Source of the DNA: Folioceros fuciformis
Taxonomy: Eukaryota
Reading direction: 5' to 3'
Assembly: GCA_049999805.1 (NCBI GenBank)
Contig: JBNGIO010006265.1
Span: forward strand, 209,242 to 243,863
Length of the DNA stretch: 34,622 bases
Part shown: in pieces, positions 9,558 through 21,659 of the stretch
Layout: the number at the start of each line of letters is the position of its first letter
Position numbering within the stretch: the first letter of the stretch is position 1
Program-made: the position numbers and the translations under genes
Notes under the pieces: generated by a model
What the model was told of the DNA's origin: nothing
Database searches by the model: none
The model's input: the letters and a program-made list of their open reading frames with translations, nothing else

Positions 9558-12500
9558 ATGGCTGGCATGAGCAAGCTGCTGCTCAAGGAATCTTACTCGG
9601 GAGAAGGCGTGTCCTGCATTGTGTGGGATGCATCAAGCCAGCATTTGCTCACTGCTGGTCCGGATGGCCGCGTCCTCGTTCACGACTGCTCGTCCACCTC
9701 CGGACCGACTTCCACGCCCAAGGTGCAGCACGATCACACGGCCGCCATCACCGCCCTGGCCATCAGTCCGTCGGGGAATTTTGTGGCAACAGCCTCCCTG
9801 GACCATGCCGTCAAACTCTACAGCTACCCCGGTGAGCGATTGTAAGCCTGAGTGAGCCCAATTCTCTCTATTGCCGGCTTGTTGCTTGCTTCCTGCATGC
9901 TGAGAGGCTTTTTGGGGTGGTGGCATTGGGAAGGGCTCAAGTTTCAGAGCAATGTGACGAGGTTCACGCTTCCGACGCGGGCGGTGGCCTTCAGCAGCAC
10001 GGGGGGCCTCCTGGCAGCGGCGGGGGACGATGATGGGATCAAGCTCATCAGCACCGTGGATTGTGCCATCGTGCGGGTGCTCAAGGGCCATGACTCACCC
10101 GTGCTGGGTCTGGCCTTCGACCCCAAGAACGAGTACATGGCGTCCTCGGACAGCGATGGGACCGTCATCTTCTGGGCTGTGACTGGCAAGCGGATGCACA
10201 CGCTGGACCGGGCAGCTCCCAACTCGGATGCTAATCTTCCTGGGAGGAATCAGATCGCGTGGCATCCTGATGGGAGGACGCTGGCCGTGCCCGGGAGGAA
10301 GGCGGACGTGGTGCTCTACGACCGGGACACAGCGCAGCGTCTCGGGTCGCTCAAGGGCGGCCATGCTGGGGATGTGGCCGTTCTGGCCTGGTCGCCTAAC
10401 GGGAAGTATCTGGCCAGCGCAGGGAAGGACAGGAAGGTAATGCTTTGGGACGTGGAGACTCGGCAGGATTTGGACTCGCTCAAGTTTGACCATCCCGTGT
10501 GCGGGGTCGCTTGGAGGCCGTCGGGCAATGCGTTGGCTGTAATCGACACGGCTGGGAAGTACGGGGTTTGGGATGGGGCAGTTCCCGTCCACATGATGTC
10601 GCCCACGGCTGATCTGGTGCAGAGTACGGCTATGGTGGACAGGGAGGCCTTGCTCAATTTTGGGGATGACGTTGAGGATGTGGAGGAGGAGAAGAATGAT
10701 GGTGGTGGTGGGAGCGGGATGGCGTGCAGCTTGAGTGACAGCGAGGATGAGTTTCCTCGTAGTCGGTCTGACAAGTCTTCCTTCCAGGTGAGGAAGTTTT
10801 TGAAGAGGAAGATCAAGAAGGAGGCAGAGGCTGAAGAAGTTTCTGCTCCTGCGTCACCTGAAGGGTTGAAACTGGCCGTGGGTTCGGAAAGACGTGTTTT
10901 GCAGCAGGTGGATGTGGTTGCGATGCAGGCTCCCTTCCAGCCTGGTTCTACGAAGCAGGTGCCAGGAAAGCGCAGGTTTCTGGCCTACAGCATGATGGGA
11001 AGCATCACAAGCTTGGAGAAAGATGGGCTTTCTCACATAGAGGTAGCAAGGGCGGCGACCCCTCCGAGTGCTCATGCTTGTGCTTGTTGCTGTCTTGAGA
11101 ACGTGGGAAGATAACTTTCTTACGCATGTAGGTTGAGTTTCATGACACCAGCACTGGCACCCGAGTACCGGCAATGACGGACTACTTCGGTTTCACCATG
11201 GCGGCCCTGTGCATCAAGGGATGTGTGTTGGCTAACCCGAGGAAAGGCGACAAGAATCCCAGCACTCTCTTGTACCGGCCCTTCAACAGCTGGGCGAATA
11301 ACAGTGAGGTTGGATTGCTGCACCATGCTTCTCTTCTGAGTTCAGCACATCTCGCTTGTATGAGCTCTGAGATTGGCATGCCCGGGGCATCCAGTGGTCA
11401 GTGAGATTTCAACAAGACGAGGAGGTGAAAGCTGTTGCCATTGGTAGTGGCTGGGCTGCAGCTGTAACCAGTCTGAACATGCTTCGCATCTTCTCAGAGA
11501 CAGGCTTACAGGTCCGTCACCTCCCTAAACCCGATCGACGTCACATGTGTTTGTGAGTCTGTCTACGTTCCCTGATTGCGAAATTGTGTATTCTTCTTTC
11601 AATGCAGAGGTTCGTGATGTCGATATCAGGTCCTGTGGTGACACTGGCTGGTCACGAGCAACTCCTGGCGGTAGTCACTCATGGAGGACGCCATCTCTCG
11701 TCTGGTGATCAAGTAATGTCACTGCAAGAAAGCTTCGCGTTCAAATTATTGTGTGTGTACTAATCCTTGTCTGACGGCACTCCTGGGGTGAAGGTGATGC
11801 ACTTCAGCGTATACGACGTTCACGAACAAAGACGCACCGTAGCTGGTCGCCTGCCTCTGAGCTCTGATGCAACACTGTCTTGGATTGGATTCAGTGAAAG
11901 TGGCCACCTTGGCTGCTTCGACTCTCAAGTAAGTGCACCGCTTCCGGTGCTTTTGAAGCTGTGTGCTATTCGGCTCCCTCCCTGACTTGCTTCATCTGCT
12001 GTCAACTTCAGGGCATTCTTCGCGTTTACAAGCCTGACTTCGATGGTTGCTGGATACCTCTCTTCAGGTAGCTTCTCTATGTTGTAAAGAAGCCACGCCC
12101 TGTTGACCAAATGACCGAATTTGCCGGCCAGTTGATGACCTCCTATTAAGGTCTCTTGGCCGGGTTGCAGTGCAGTTGTTGAAAGAAAGAGTGGAGCCGA
12201 GAGTTACTGGATGGTGGGTCTAAATGATACCCACCTCTTCTGTGTCATCTGCCAGTTGCCTGAAGTAGAGCCTCAGGTATTGACGACAAGCGATAGCATG
12301 TCAGCAGCTGCATCTCGTAGCAGTGTTTCTCTCCTCCCTTATCAACTCAGTGGACCGGTTTCGCGCAGGTTGCTCCCAGGCCGGTCCTGAGCGTGCTCAA
12401 CTTGTCGTTGCCACTAGTCCATTCAGACCTGGGGGCCGACAACTTGGAGAATGAGTATCTGCGCAACACACTGCTGCTCTCTCAGGTGACGGAAGTCCCG

Positions 12501-13537
12501 AGTCCCCCTTCTTGCCATTGCCAGTCGGAGCTTGTCAATAGTCAAGCGTTTTCTGATTTCCGTTTCAAAACCCCTCCCAGGCAAGAGTTAAAGCAGACGA
12601 GGCCGCTTCCACTGGAGAAGAAGACGAGGAACTGGAAGACAAGGTCTTAAAGATGAAAGCAGAGCTCGACAAGTGTATTTTGCGGCTAATTGCAGCCGCG
12701 TGCAAAGGTGCTGCAACTTTACCCGTCATCCCGTGCCTGCACCTAACTGCCAGAGGGTGACTGTCTTCCTCCCTCCTATTTCTCCAGGTGACAAACTGGC
12801 CAGGGCAATGGAACTGGCGACGATGCTGTCATTGCACAAGTCAATGGAAGGCGCCTTGAAGCTCGTAACTGCACTCCGTCTACCAGCTTTAGCTGAGCGG
12901 CTCTCACAAATTCTAGAGGTAACCCACGTCATCTTTTCCACACCTTCATCCCGCAGAATCCGCCTCGCCTGTTAAGCCTCTTGTCCTTGTGCAGGGAAGG
13001 TTGGATGCGGAGAAAGCAGAGGCTTCAGATGGCACAGTGGCAGACGGTGGTAGGAGCGCTCAGGCGGCATCCAGACCTCCGAGTTTCTCATCTCTGCATC
13101 AGGGTTCGCTCGGTCTGAAAGCCGCTCTGGACCTGGCACCGCCGTCTAAGCCCCCCACCTGTCTGCAAGCCTCGTCCTCCAAGCCTCCGTCTAACCCAAT
13201 ATCTGGGGCCCAGCTTAGCGAGCCATCCACGCACCTAGGTGTAGCTTTGTCGACGTGCAGGGAAGGTAACCTTGCTTCAACGCCAGCCCTCTTCTCCACA
13301 TCGTCGTCATCTTCCTCACCAGCCTCCTCTTCCGTACCTGCATCCGCATCATCGAACCCATTCCGGAAAGCTAACAACCCGTTTGCAAAGCAAGGCACCG
13401 CAGCTTTCCCAAATACATCTGTCACTCTCCTGGATTCGATCAAAAGGATGCAGTCCACTGCGAGTGATAGCTGCGGTAAAAGGAAAGCTGCTTCTGCATC
13501 TTGTTCAGAGCCTGTGAAGGTAGTTAAATTGAAATAG
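9558..13537 (+). CDS. WDHD1: WD repeat and SepB-domain replisome protein WDHD1/AND-1/CTF4 (plant EOL1 homolog), 998 aa
   Basis: Exons 9558-9831, 9934-11042, 11132-11308, 11395-11511, 11608-11712, 11794-11928, 12012-12067, 12171-12276, 12369-12485, 12581-12707, 12788-12918, 12995-13537 (2997 nt, all introns GT-AG, frame open). N-terminal WD40 repeats (NVTRFTLP, AAGDDDGIKLI, WSPNGKYLASAG), SepB/Mcl1-mid motifs (QAPFQPGST, VEFHDTS, YRPFNSWANNSEW, WIGFSESG, YWMVGL) and a helical C-terminal region (RLPALAERL). Confidence 0.95.
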
Positions 13538-14335
13538 CTACGGTCCAAGTACATACCACACTTGTTTACCAGAGGTTCAGACTGCAGTTAGTTGGACTGT
13601 GGGTTCCCGGGCGGGTGTCTCGTTGCCTATACTCTGGAGCCGTCTTTCCCGTCTCGCAAATCGGTGCCGGGATAACTTAAGTCCCGCAAAGATCTGTCTG
13701 TATCCTGAGGTGAATTGGCTGATTCTCGACCCCATAGAGCGCGGGGGAGCAGGAGCATTTTGGGCAATCATATGTGACAGTTTGATCAAATGCTGAAAAC
13801 TAGAGCTGGCGTCCGTGATTGCATGAGGGTTTGATCGGACCTCTGCCCATTCTAGTGTTGGGACGGCCTTGGGAGCTGGTGCAGTGCTGTGTCCATAGTG
13901 TGGACGGGTAGGGAAGATACTTGATTTTCGCGTTGGGTCTGTGTTGGATTTCTGGTGTGCAGGACTGCTGTTTGATGAACTGCACGCTTGGATGTGTTGA
14001 TTTTGTTCTACCGCCTTCTCTACAGCTGCTTTTCTCGCTCTTCGGATTTGCTAGCTGCAAATGCTGCCGATAATGCCTCGTCATATGAGTAGTATGCAGA
14101 CTGTCGTCTTGGGTACCGGCAATTTTTGGATGAAGAGGTTTTCGGATTGGAGGCAGGAAGTGGCGTAGGGTGTTTGTTTGTCAGGTCCGAGATCTGGTCA
14201 TGTGCGAGATGATGCGCCGGAAAAGTGTGAAGGTTTGAGGTTCCTTGGTCCTTGGGATGGCCCGGTTGCTATATATGTGGCGTTAATGTTTTGATAAGAG
14301 TATGAAAAAAACTCCCCAAGGCAACATCACTGCCC

Positions 14336-17300
14336 ATGGCGCAGTGGAACGGCGAGAATGGTGTGCTTTACGGTTCGAATGGTAGCAGTCCCGTGACTGG
14401 CAACGGGATCTCGCAGATTGATATGGGAAAAGTAGGCGGCTCGGCTCATAAGTTTGTGTCAGAGTCGAAAGTGGCTGCAGGACCTCTACCACTTTCCTTC
14501 TTCGGAGAGGAAGAGGATGATCTTTTCGCAGGCACAGTTCCAAGCTCAAACGGAGGTTATGGGGATGGAAAGCAAACCACAGAGGAATCTGTAAATCGGA
14601 AAACTGCTGTGCATGCTGGTGACGGCAATGACTTGAGTACATATGGAGGCGACTTAGAAGACAACTTTGAATTCGGGGACTTCGAATCAGTCCCTGCTCG
14701 TTTGCCTAGTTCTAGCCCTTCAGGTCTCTCACTTGATGTGGACTCTAGCAGGTTGGAGCTGCCGATGCATGGGCTGGCAGTATCTTCCGGTCTGCAGTAT
14801 CAGTCTGAACAGGTGCAACATGGCCAAGCGGCACAAGGGCTCTTTAAGTCCGTACCCACGTCTGGTCATGACATGGCCCTTCCTGAACCCACACACCTGG
14901 CAGCGATCATGCTTACCAATAGCACACGTGAGGAAAGCTCAACTGTGCTGGCTCAAGTAAGTGAGAGCGGGTCAGATGATGAGTGGGGAGACTTTGTAGC
15001 GCCTGCTGCCCCCCTCACACAAACAAGTGCACTAGAACCTGCAAGCTGGGGTGGTGGAGATGGCTTCAACGACAATGGCCAGGGATCGTTCATTTTTGAT
15101 CAGGTGCTAAGCGGTCACAGTGGTGACTATGAGGCCATCAACCAGCACCAAGGTGGGGGTTCAATATCTTTTCCTGGTGGAAGTTTTCAAGAAGGTCATA
15201 CTAGCTTGCAAGATAAGAACATTTCCATGTCCTCCCTGAACTTGTTCACTGATGGACGTATTCAAGAAGGTAATTTAAGTTTGAAAGATGAGAGCAATTC
15301 CATGCCCTCCCTAAATTTTTTCACTGATGCTCCCATGTTCTGGGATCCCTTGAATCTTGAGGGTAGCCAACCCAAGGAAGTGACGATTGCAGATATTAAG
15401 GCATACCCAGATAGTAAGGAGAGCACAATGGAATTTTTGGCGGCAGATAATCAGGTGGAACCTGTGAATTTGGACTCGGAGGATGATGACACGTGGGACT
15501 GGGTTGCAGCAGAATCCACTGATCCTCATTCAGGAAATGGATCAAAGATCACCGACATGGAAGATTTGAAAGGCTCTGATCTTTTTGCAGATCCACATGT
15601 AGAAAGCAGAAGCTTATCCGATAGCAGTGAAGGCAGAAATCAACACCTTGATGATTCACCACTCGTTTTAGAGCAGGTGACCTCAGCAACGGCAGTGACT
15701 AACGGTAGAGATCAGTCAAGTGGCACTGCAGATGATCAAAACATAATTCATCTTAAGTCTCTGGAGGCTGAAGTGGGGCCTGATACCGTGAAGGCGGGGG
15801 TTTGGGGAATCAGTGCAGCTCCTCTCCCGTTGTCCATATTTGGTGAAGATGAGGTTGAGAACAATTCTGCCTTGGATTTGAAAGCAGTGCCCGTTACTGA
15901 TAAATATAGTAATACGAGCAAAAGCACTACAAGGACAAGTTCCCTCAAGCTCAACACCTCCAACTTCTCTTATGTTATAGCCTCTTTGTACCCAGATTCA
16001 CCGACAGCTGGGGTTGATATCAGGAATCTATCCCATCGCAGGAGTCGTATTTCCAGCATTCAAGTGTCTGGCTCCAGTGATGTAGATTTTTTCTTCAGAA
16101 GAACCGATTCTCATCCTTTAGGCTCCCCTTTAGCTGGAATGAGTAACGTGGTAGCTACGGACCCACCTGACGTGGATGAGTCAGGCATGTTTGATGTTGT
16201 TGTTGCATTGGAGAACGGAACAGGTGAAGAGCGGCAGGAGCTTGACCAGGCAGTTGTTTGGAAAGATTTCTTTGAAATGGACCTGCTTTCCATGGTCAAG
16301 GAGAGTGTGAGCATTGATGCCAGTTACATTGCTGGTTTCAGCTTTCAGTATAAGAACGAGACGAACTCGGATGAGCCATCTGATGTTGATTCCAACTTAT
16401 CTACCAAACCCATAACAGTGGCTCACATGGGCGATGAAGCTGTACACGCTCTGCAGAAGATCCAATCAAGTCTCATAAATGGAGGTCGGATACTGGAAGC
16501 ATACCATTGTCACAATCATACGTTGGCTGTTTCATCTCTACCTCTGCTGCAGGTAATGGGCTTAAACCCAAGGCATCTAATGCAGCTGACTCTTTAAGTA
16601 TCATGTGAGCCATCGTTGTTTCTTTTGCAGGAATCCTATTTCGCTGCAATGGATCTGGGTGAGTTTGAGAAGGCTGCTTCAACGAGAAAGGAGATTGAGG
16701 TGAATGGAATCCCACATGTTATCTACTTCTCTTTTGCTGCATGAAGCTTGAACCCTGGCCTCACTATAATTCGCTGGCGTTCACTGGCCGTTCATGTACA
16801 CTGTTTGGAAGGTGTTCTTGAATTATGAGTCTCTGGTTGTTTATGTACATTGTTCAAAAGCTTTTCTTTGAAATTGTCAGACTTCTCAAGCTGGGCTTGC
16901 AAAGCCAAAAGAGTTGTCCGAGTGGCAAATTCGAGAACGACATGTTGAGAAGATCACCAAGACCTCTTCGAATGAAGCATGCCATATGCAAGTTAGTACT
17001 ACAGAATTGTCAAGGCTGACCCTGAACGAGATGTTTGAACTTCTTGGAGATCACGATGCGGATACTAGAGCCATTGTCATGAAATCTCTCTTCGATGCAG
17101 ACAAGATCATAAGTCTGGTAAGCTTTTACAACGAAGACTTCATATGTTTAGGCATACTTGCAGGTCACGGCTCATCAAAACATTTTGCGTTGGTGATGAC
17201 AACCTCGTTGGCTGGGGTGGGGTTATCCACACTCCATATTTTTTAGTATTTCTGAAGCAGTGGGTATAAAATAATGTAGGCCAAAAGCGACTTGAAAGCA

Positions 17301-18280
17301 GCTGTGGATATCCATACCGATGCATTGCACACTTTCCGGATACTCGTTTGTGCCTCATCTGAGGAGCAGCAGCACTGTGTGAAAGCGTGGAGTAAGCTAG
17401 CAAGTGTCTGTGTGGGCGAACTTGAGCATGCTTCAAACATATGGCAACGTGCTGTTGATGCTGGTGCCGATACTCACCTTTTAGATTCAAAGCAAGGTCG
17501 GTGACGGAGGATCCCTGAGGTGTATTTGGTTGTGGGCCAGTTTGAGCTAACTTTTGATAGATGCTTGGTAACCTGTCTGTCGATCTTAGCAGATTTCGTG
17601 TCCATTTGCTGCAGGCAGGAACTTTTTTTCTGCGATGGGCCAAGTTTTTGTGGTATCATGCATCCTTGGCGTAACGCTGAAGGTGTACAAGCCGTGGCTT
17701 GCCGTAGCTGAAGAGCTGGGGCGAGGAGCATTCAAAGCTGTTGGACGCTGCTACCATGTATGGCTAGAGTCAGGACTGAAAGATGCAGTCTGCTCATCCC
17801 TTGTGGCAGATATACAGTCTCTACCCATGACAATTGCATCGTGGTTCGACATCCAGAAGCTCCCTTCTGCAGGGACGAATGCCATGATCCAAGTGGTTGG
17901 GAGATCTATTTCTGACAGAAGTCCTTACCATTTCTGTGCATTATCTCTTCTTCCGCTGTTGCCATTCACAGGTATGTGTATCATTCACTTGCAGTGCATG
18001 GTTGTCCACCTTCTTTCCGACCAGTGAGTAATGGTTGAACTAGAATGCTGCGCTGCCTGAAGTTTTTCAACTGTGGAGCCTAGGACTGAATGTCTGACAT
18101 GAAAGGGAACATCCACACATGTATGTTGAGATATTTTCTTTTGTGGAATGAGCAGCTATACCGGCAGTGGAATGGGAGGGGCAACATTACCTGCTTCCCC
18201 TTGCAAATTTGTGGGCTAATAGCATATCGAGAGAAGCACCAGAGTTGCCAATTCCAAAGATAGGAGAAGTACGAGCGTAA
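14336..18280 (+). CDS. Synergin-gamma C-terminal-domain-like protein (Arabidopsis At1g54920-like), 1073 aa
   Basis: Exons 14336-16552, 16631-16699, 16881-17117, 17280-17496, 17615-17971, 18156-18280 (3222 nt, GT-AG, frame open). Long acidic disordered N-terminus with FGDF/WGDF motifs and a conserved C-terminus (ELEHASNIW, KVYKPW, CALSLL...VEWEGQHYLLPLANLWANSIS). The family name is from recall of this C-terminal motif. Confidence 0.8.
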
Positions 18281-19158
18281 TGATTTCTGAAGGATTGTGG
18301 AAAATGATCAAAGGCGTCACAGCTGACCCAAGGAGCTGTCGTTAGCAGAGTAGCAGCTTGGGAGAGGTTTTTCAGCCACATGCCTGAAGCAAGACTTTTT
18401 GTCATTCTAGCTACAAAGGTATCTGGTTCTGTTGCTTGCACTAAGGTTTTCCGTTGTCATTTGCTAACCCTCTGGAGCTTATGTGGCAGGTGACAGTAGG
18501 AATGTGACAGCCACGAAGGGATGCCTAGGGATGTTCTAGTACCTAATTGCGTAGCTCGATTTTTGGTTTCGTTAGATCGACCACAGTCCGAATGCTGCCT
18601 ATGTCAGCTACGCGCACATGGCTCTTTTTAATGCCGTTCGTTTGCTGAATGACAGCCCTGAACCATTTATGGGTTCTGCTTGGATTCATGTAAAGTGGAA
18701 CCACTGTTTCTCAGTGTAGGTGGAACCGCTGGCAAATTGTAGTTTGTTGCTCTGCTCCTTCGAGGTCACGTCCGCTTTCACGGACTTCGCTCATTATCGT
18801 CGTTATGCCCTGCTGGAGGACATGACCTTAGTACCGTGACAGAGTACAGCAACATATCATTTGAGTTCTTTAAAATCGTGAGAAATGAAAACGAACTTCC
18901 CTCCACTTTTCCCACTTTTCCCTGACGTTTCATGGTCTTGCGTTTTTTTTGTTGAGTTTGTTACACGAGACGTTGCAACGAAAATGCCCAGAACGCAGAC
19001 CGGCCTGCCATTTTAGCACATACCACGTAGGTGTTCAAAGATCCCTTGTGCATACCACGCATTTGTTCGAAGACGCCATGTGCGCTGTACCCGTGTAGGT
19101 GTTGTTACCGAACAATTAGACCCGCTTAAAATTCTGGAAATAAGGCATGTTGTAAGTC

Positions 19159-19485
19159 CATGCCCTAGGACTTCAGGCTAAAATGGTGGTTGTAGTTGCA
19201 GCTCAGTGAACATGAACACGAAGGCTGTAATCTTGGAAGATAGCTTCATTGATCCATGAACACGAAAGCTGTAATCATGGAAGAGAGCTTCATTGATCCA
19301 TGAACACCAACGCTGTAATCCCTTGGAAGATAGCTTCATTGATCCATGAACACCAAGGTTGTAATCTTGGAAGATAGCTAGCTCCATTGATCCATGCCTA
19401 GGGACTTCAAGATGAAATGGGGGTTGCAGTTGTAGGTCAGCGATCATAAAGGCAAAGGGTAGAATCTATAAGATAGCTTCATTCA
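19159..19485. repeat. 44-bp tandem minisatellite x4 within a higher-order duplication
   Basis: CATGAACACGAAGGCTGTAATCTTGGAAGATAGCTTCATTGATC-like units at 19211, 19255, 19299 and 19345, flanked by two related ~55-bp blocks (19159-19213 and 19393-19447). Confidence 0.9.
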
Positions 19486-19606
19486 TTGGTCACAGAAGTT
19501 ATGAGGTTTCATAATGATGGCATTTGGTAAAATCTAGTCATGAAATTGTATTGGCAAAGCAAACTTCCGTGATAGCGAAATTCTCTAGGTAAGGACATGG
19601 GACAAG

Positions 19607-19992
19607 GAGCTCTTTATCCCTCCGTGGCGATGTAGGAAGAACACCCTTCGACTGAGCCCTTTATCCCTCCATGGCGATGTAGGAAGAACACTCTTCGAGA
19701 GAGCCCTTTATCCTTCCATGGCGATGTAGGAAGAACACCCTTTGACAGAGCCCTTTATCCCTCCATGGCGATGTAGGAGGAACATCCTTTGACAGAGCCC
19801 TTTATCCCTCCATGGCGATGTTGGAAGAACAGCCTTTGACACAGCCCTTTATCCCTCCATGGCGATGTTGGAAGAACACCCTTTGACATAGCCCTTTATC
19901 CCTCCATGGCGATGTAGGAAGAACACCCTTNNNNNNNNNNTGACATAGCCCTTTATCCCTCCATGGCGATGTAGGAAGAACACCCTTCGACA
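19607..19992. repeat. 47-bp tandem minisatellite, at least 8 copies (contains 10-N gap)
   Basis: GAGCCCTTTATCCCTCCATGGCGATGTAGGAAGAACACCCTTTGACA units at 19607, 19654, 19701, 19748, 19795, 19842, 19889 and 19946. Confidence 0.95.
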
Positions 19993-20340
19993 CACCCCAT
20001 TGAGAAAATCCTACAACTACATCGTCTTCCTATTGAAGTGGATGCTTCAAACCTCAATACAACACGTTCTCAACATGGACCTCAAGGAATCTAAGAAGTT
20101 GGACATGAAGTTGTTCTCTTGTTAGGCCAACCCTTAGTTATTGGTACCTTGTACAACACAAGATAGTGACAATAGCTCTAATCCTTCTTCTCTTGCTCAT
20201 ACTTGTACTTGCTCTAGTTCTTCTTCTTTGGCTTATACTTGCACTTGCCCATCTTCTAAAAGGAGAAACTTGGAGGGCAAGTTTGGGCGTTGACTTAGAC
20301 TACGTCACATTCAAAGATTCCATTGTCTAGGACATTACCA

Positions 20341-20860
20341 AATAGGTACTTTCATATTGCACACGAATGCATTATCTGACCATAGTCAAACCATCAGCCC
20401 GAAATATAATCCAACCTAGAAAAGATGCAGGTACTTTCATATTGCACAAGATGCAGGTACTTTCATATTGCACAAGATGCAAGTACTTTCATATTGCACA
20501 CGAATGCAGGTACTTTCATATTGCACAAGATGCACGTACTTACATATTGCACATGAATGCAGGTACTTTCATATTGCACAAGATGCACGTATTTACATAT
20601 TGCACACGAATGCAGGTACTTTCATATTGCACACAAATGCAGGTACTTTCCTATTGTACACGATGCAGGTACTTTCATATTGCACATGAATGCAAAATCT
20701 GACCATAGTCAAACGATCAGCACGAAATACAATCCAACCTAGGAAAAGATGCGGGTAATTTCATATTGCACACAAATGCATAATCTGTGTGCATAATCTG
20801 ACCATAGTCAGACGATCAACACAAAACACAATTCAACCGAGAAAAAGATGCCACTTGAAA
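20341..20860. repeat. 26/28-bp tandem minisatellite (GCAGGTACTTTCATATTGCACA[AG|CGA]AT) interspersed with a thrice-repeated ~55-bp module
   Basis: About 12 short units. The ATCTGACCATAGTCAAAC...CAACC module recurs at ~20374, ~20697 and ~20796. Confidence 0.9.
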
Positions 20861-21659
20861 GTGTAAAACAAAAGTCACATGTAAAGATGCTGTACAACAA
20901 AAGTCACTTGTAAGGATGCTAGTTGAAAATGTACTACACCTATATGTTATTTCAATGAAGAGTAGATAAGTAATACCCTTTTTCTAATGGCTAGTTAAAC
21001 GTGGTCAGTGATTGTGTGGTTTTTCTTTTGGTTGAAGATGTGCCGACACAACTAGTTTTTAGTTGTGACCTCAACAACTTTCAAAATGGAAGCAAGTATA
21101 GCTAGGCAGAGAAGCAGGACTAGTGGTGGTGAAGGTGAATTGTGCAACTAGTGTGCTGAAAACAAGAAAGTGGATAGTGTACCTTTATGTCATGGCTGCT
21201 AAGTATTGTATTCCAATCATAATGTTATTGTTGCAGCCATGGGAAAGACTTCTACTAGCACTATGATGTAGAGCCCAATTTTCATGCAAGTTATACTACC
21301 TCCTTTGCTCAATGAGCTCTGTTCTTTGATCCACTATGTCCATTCTTATATTTGCAATACAATTGAAGACGTTATGTTACCAGAGATAACTCTATTTGTT
21401 GTAGGCTGTGATGTGCTTCCCACTTTTCACAAGTCTTAAGACTTATGATGTGTCATGTTCACAGGCCTTAGTAGATTCTTGATTGGATGGCCTAGATGAA
21501 GAGGGTCCTCTCTTACCACAATCATGGGTGAGAGTGAGAATCCCTAATGTTAAGAGGAATAAGGAATAAGGATCCTTTAGTGGATCCTTTACTCCTCAAC
21601 TTCACCTTTGAAGACTATTGAAAGACACTTGAAGAATGTCTTCCAATAGTCTTCTTTGG

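Noticed and set aside
9633..10816. Long antisense ORFs over WDHD1 (likewise over DAHPS at 24889-26250)
   Set aside because: Shadow ORFs caused by GC3-rich sense codons.
20367..20742. Repetitive His/Cys-rich ORFs (CRYFHIAHE, MQVLSYCTR)
   Set aside because: They are translations of 26/28-bp units that cycle through frames, not protein repeats.
19159..20860. CRISPR-like appearance of regularly spaced 26-47 bp repeats
   Set aside because: Units are head-to-tail without unique spacers, there are no cas genes, and the context is eukaryotic and intron-rich.
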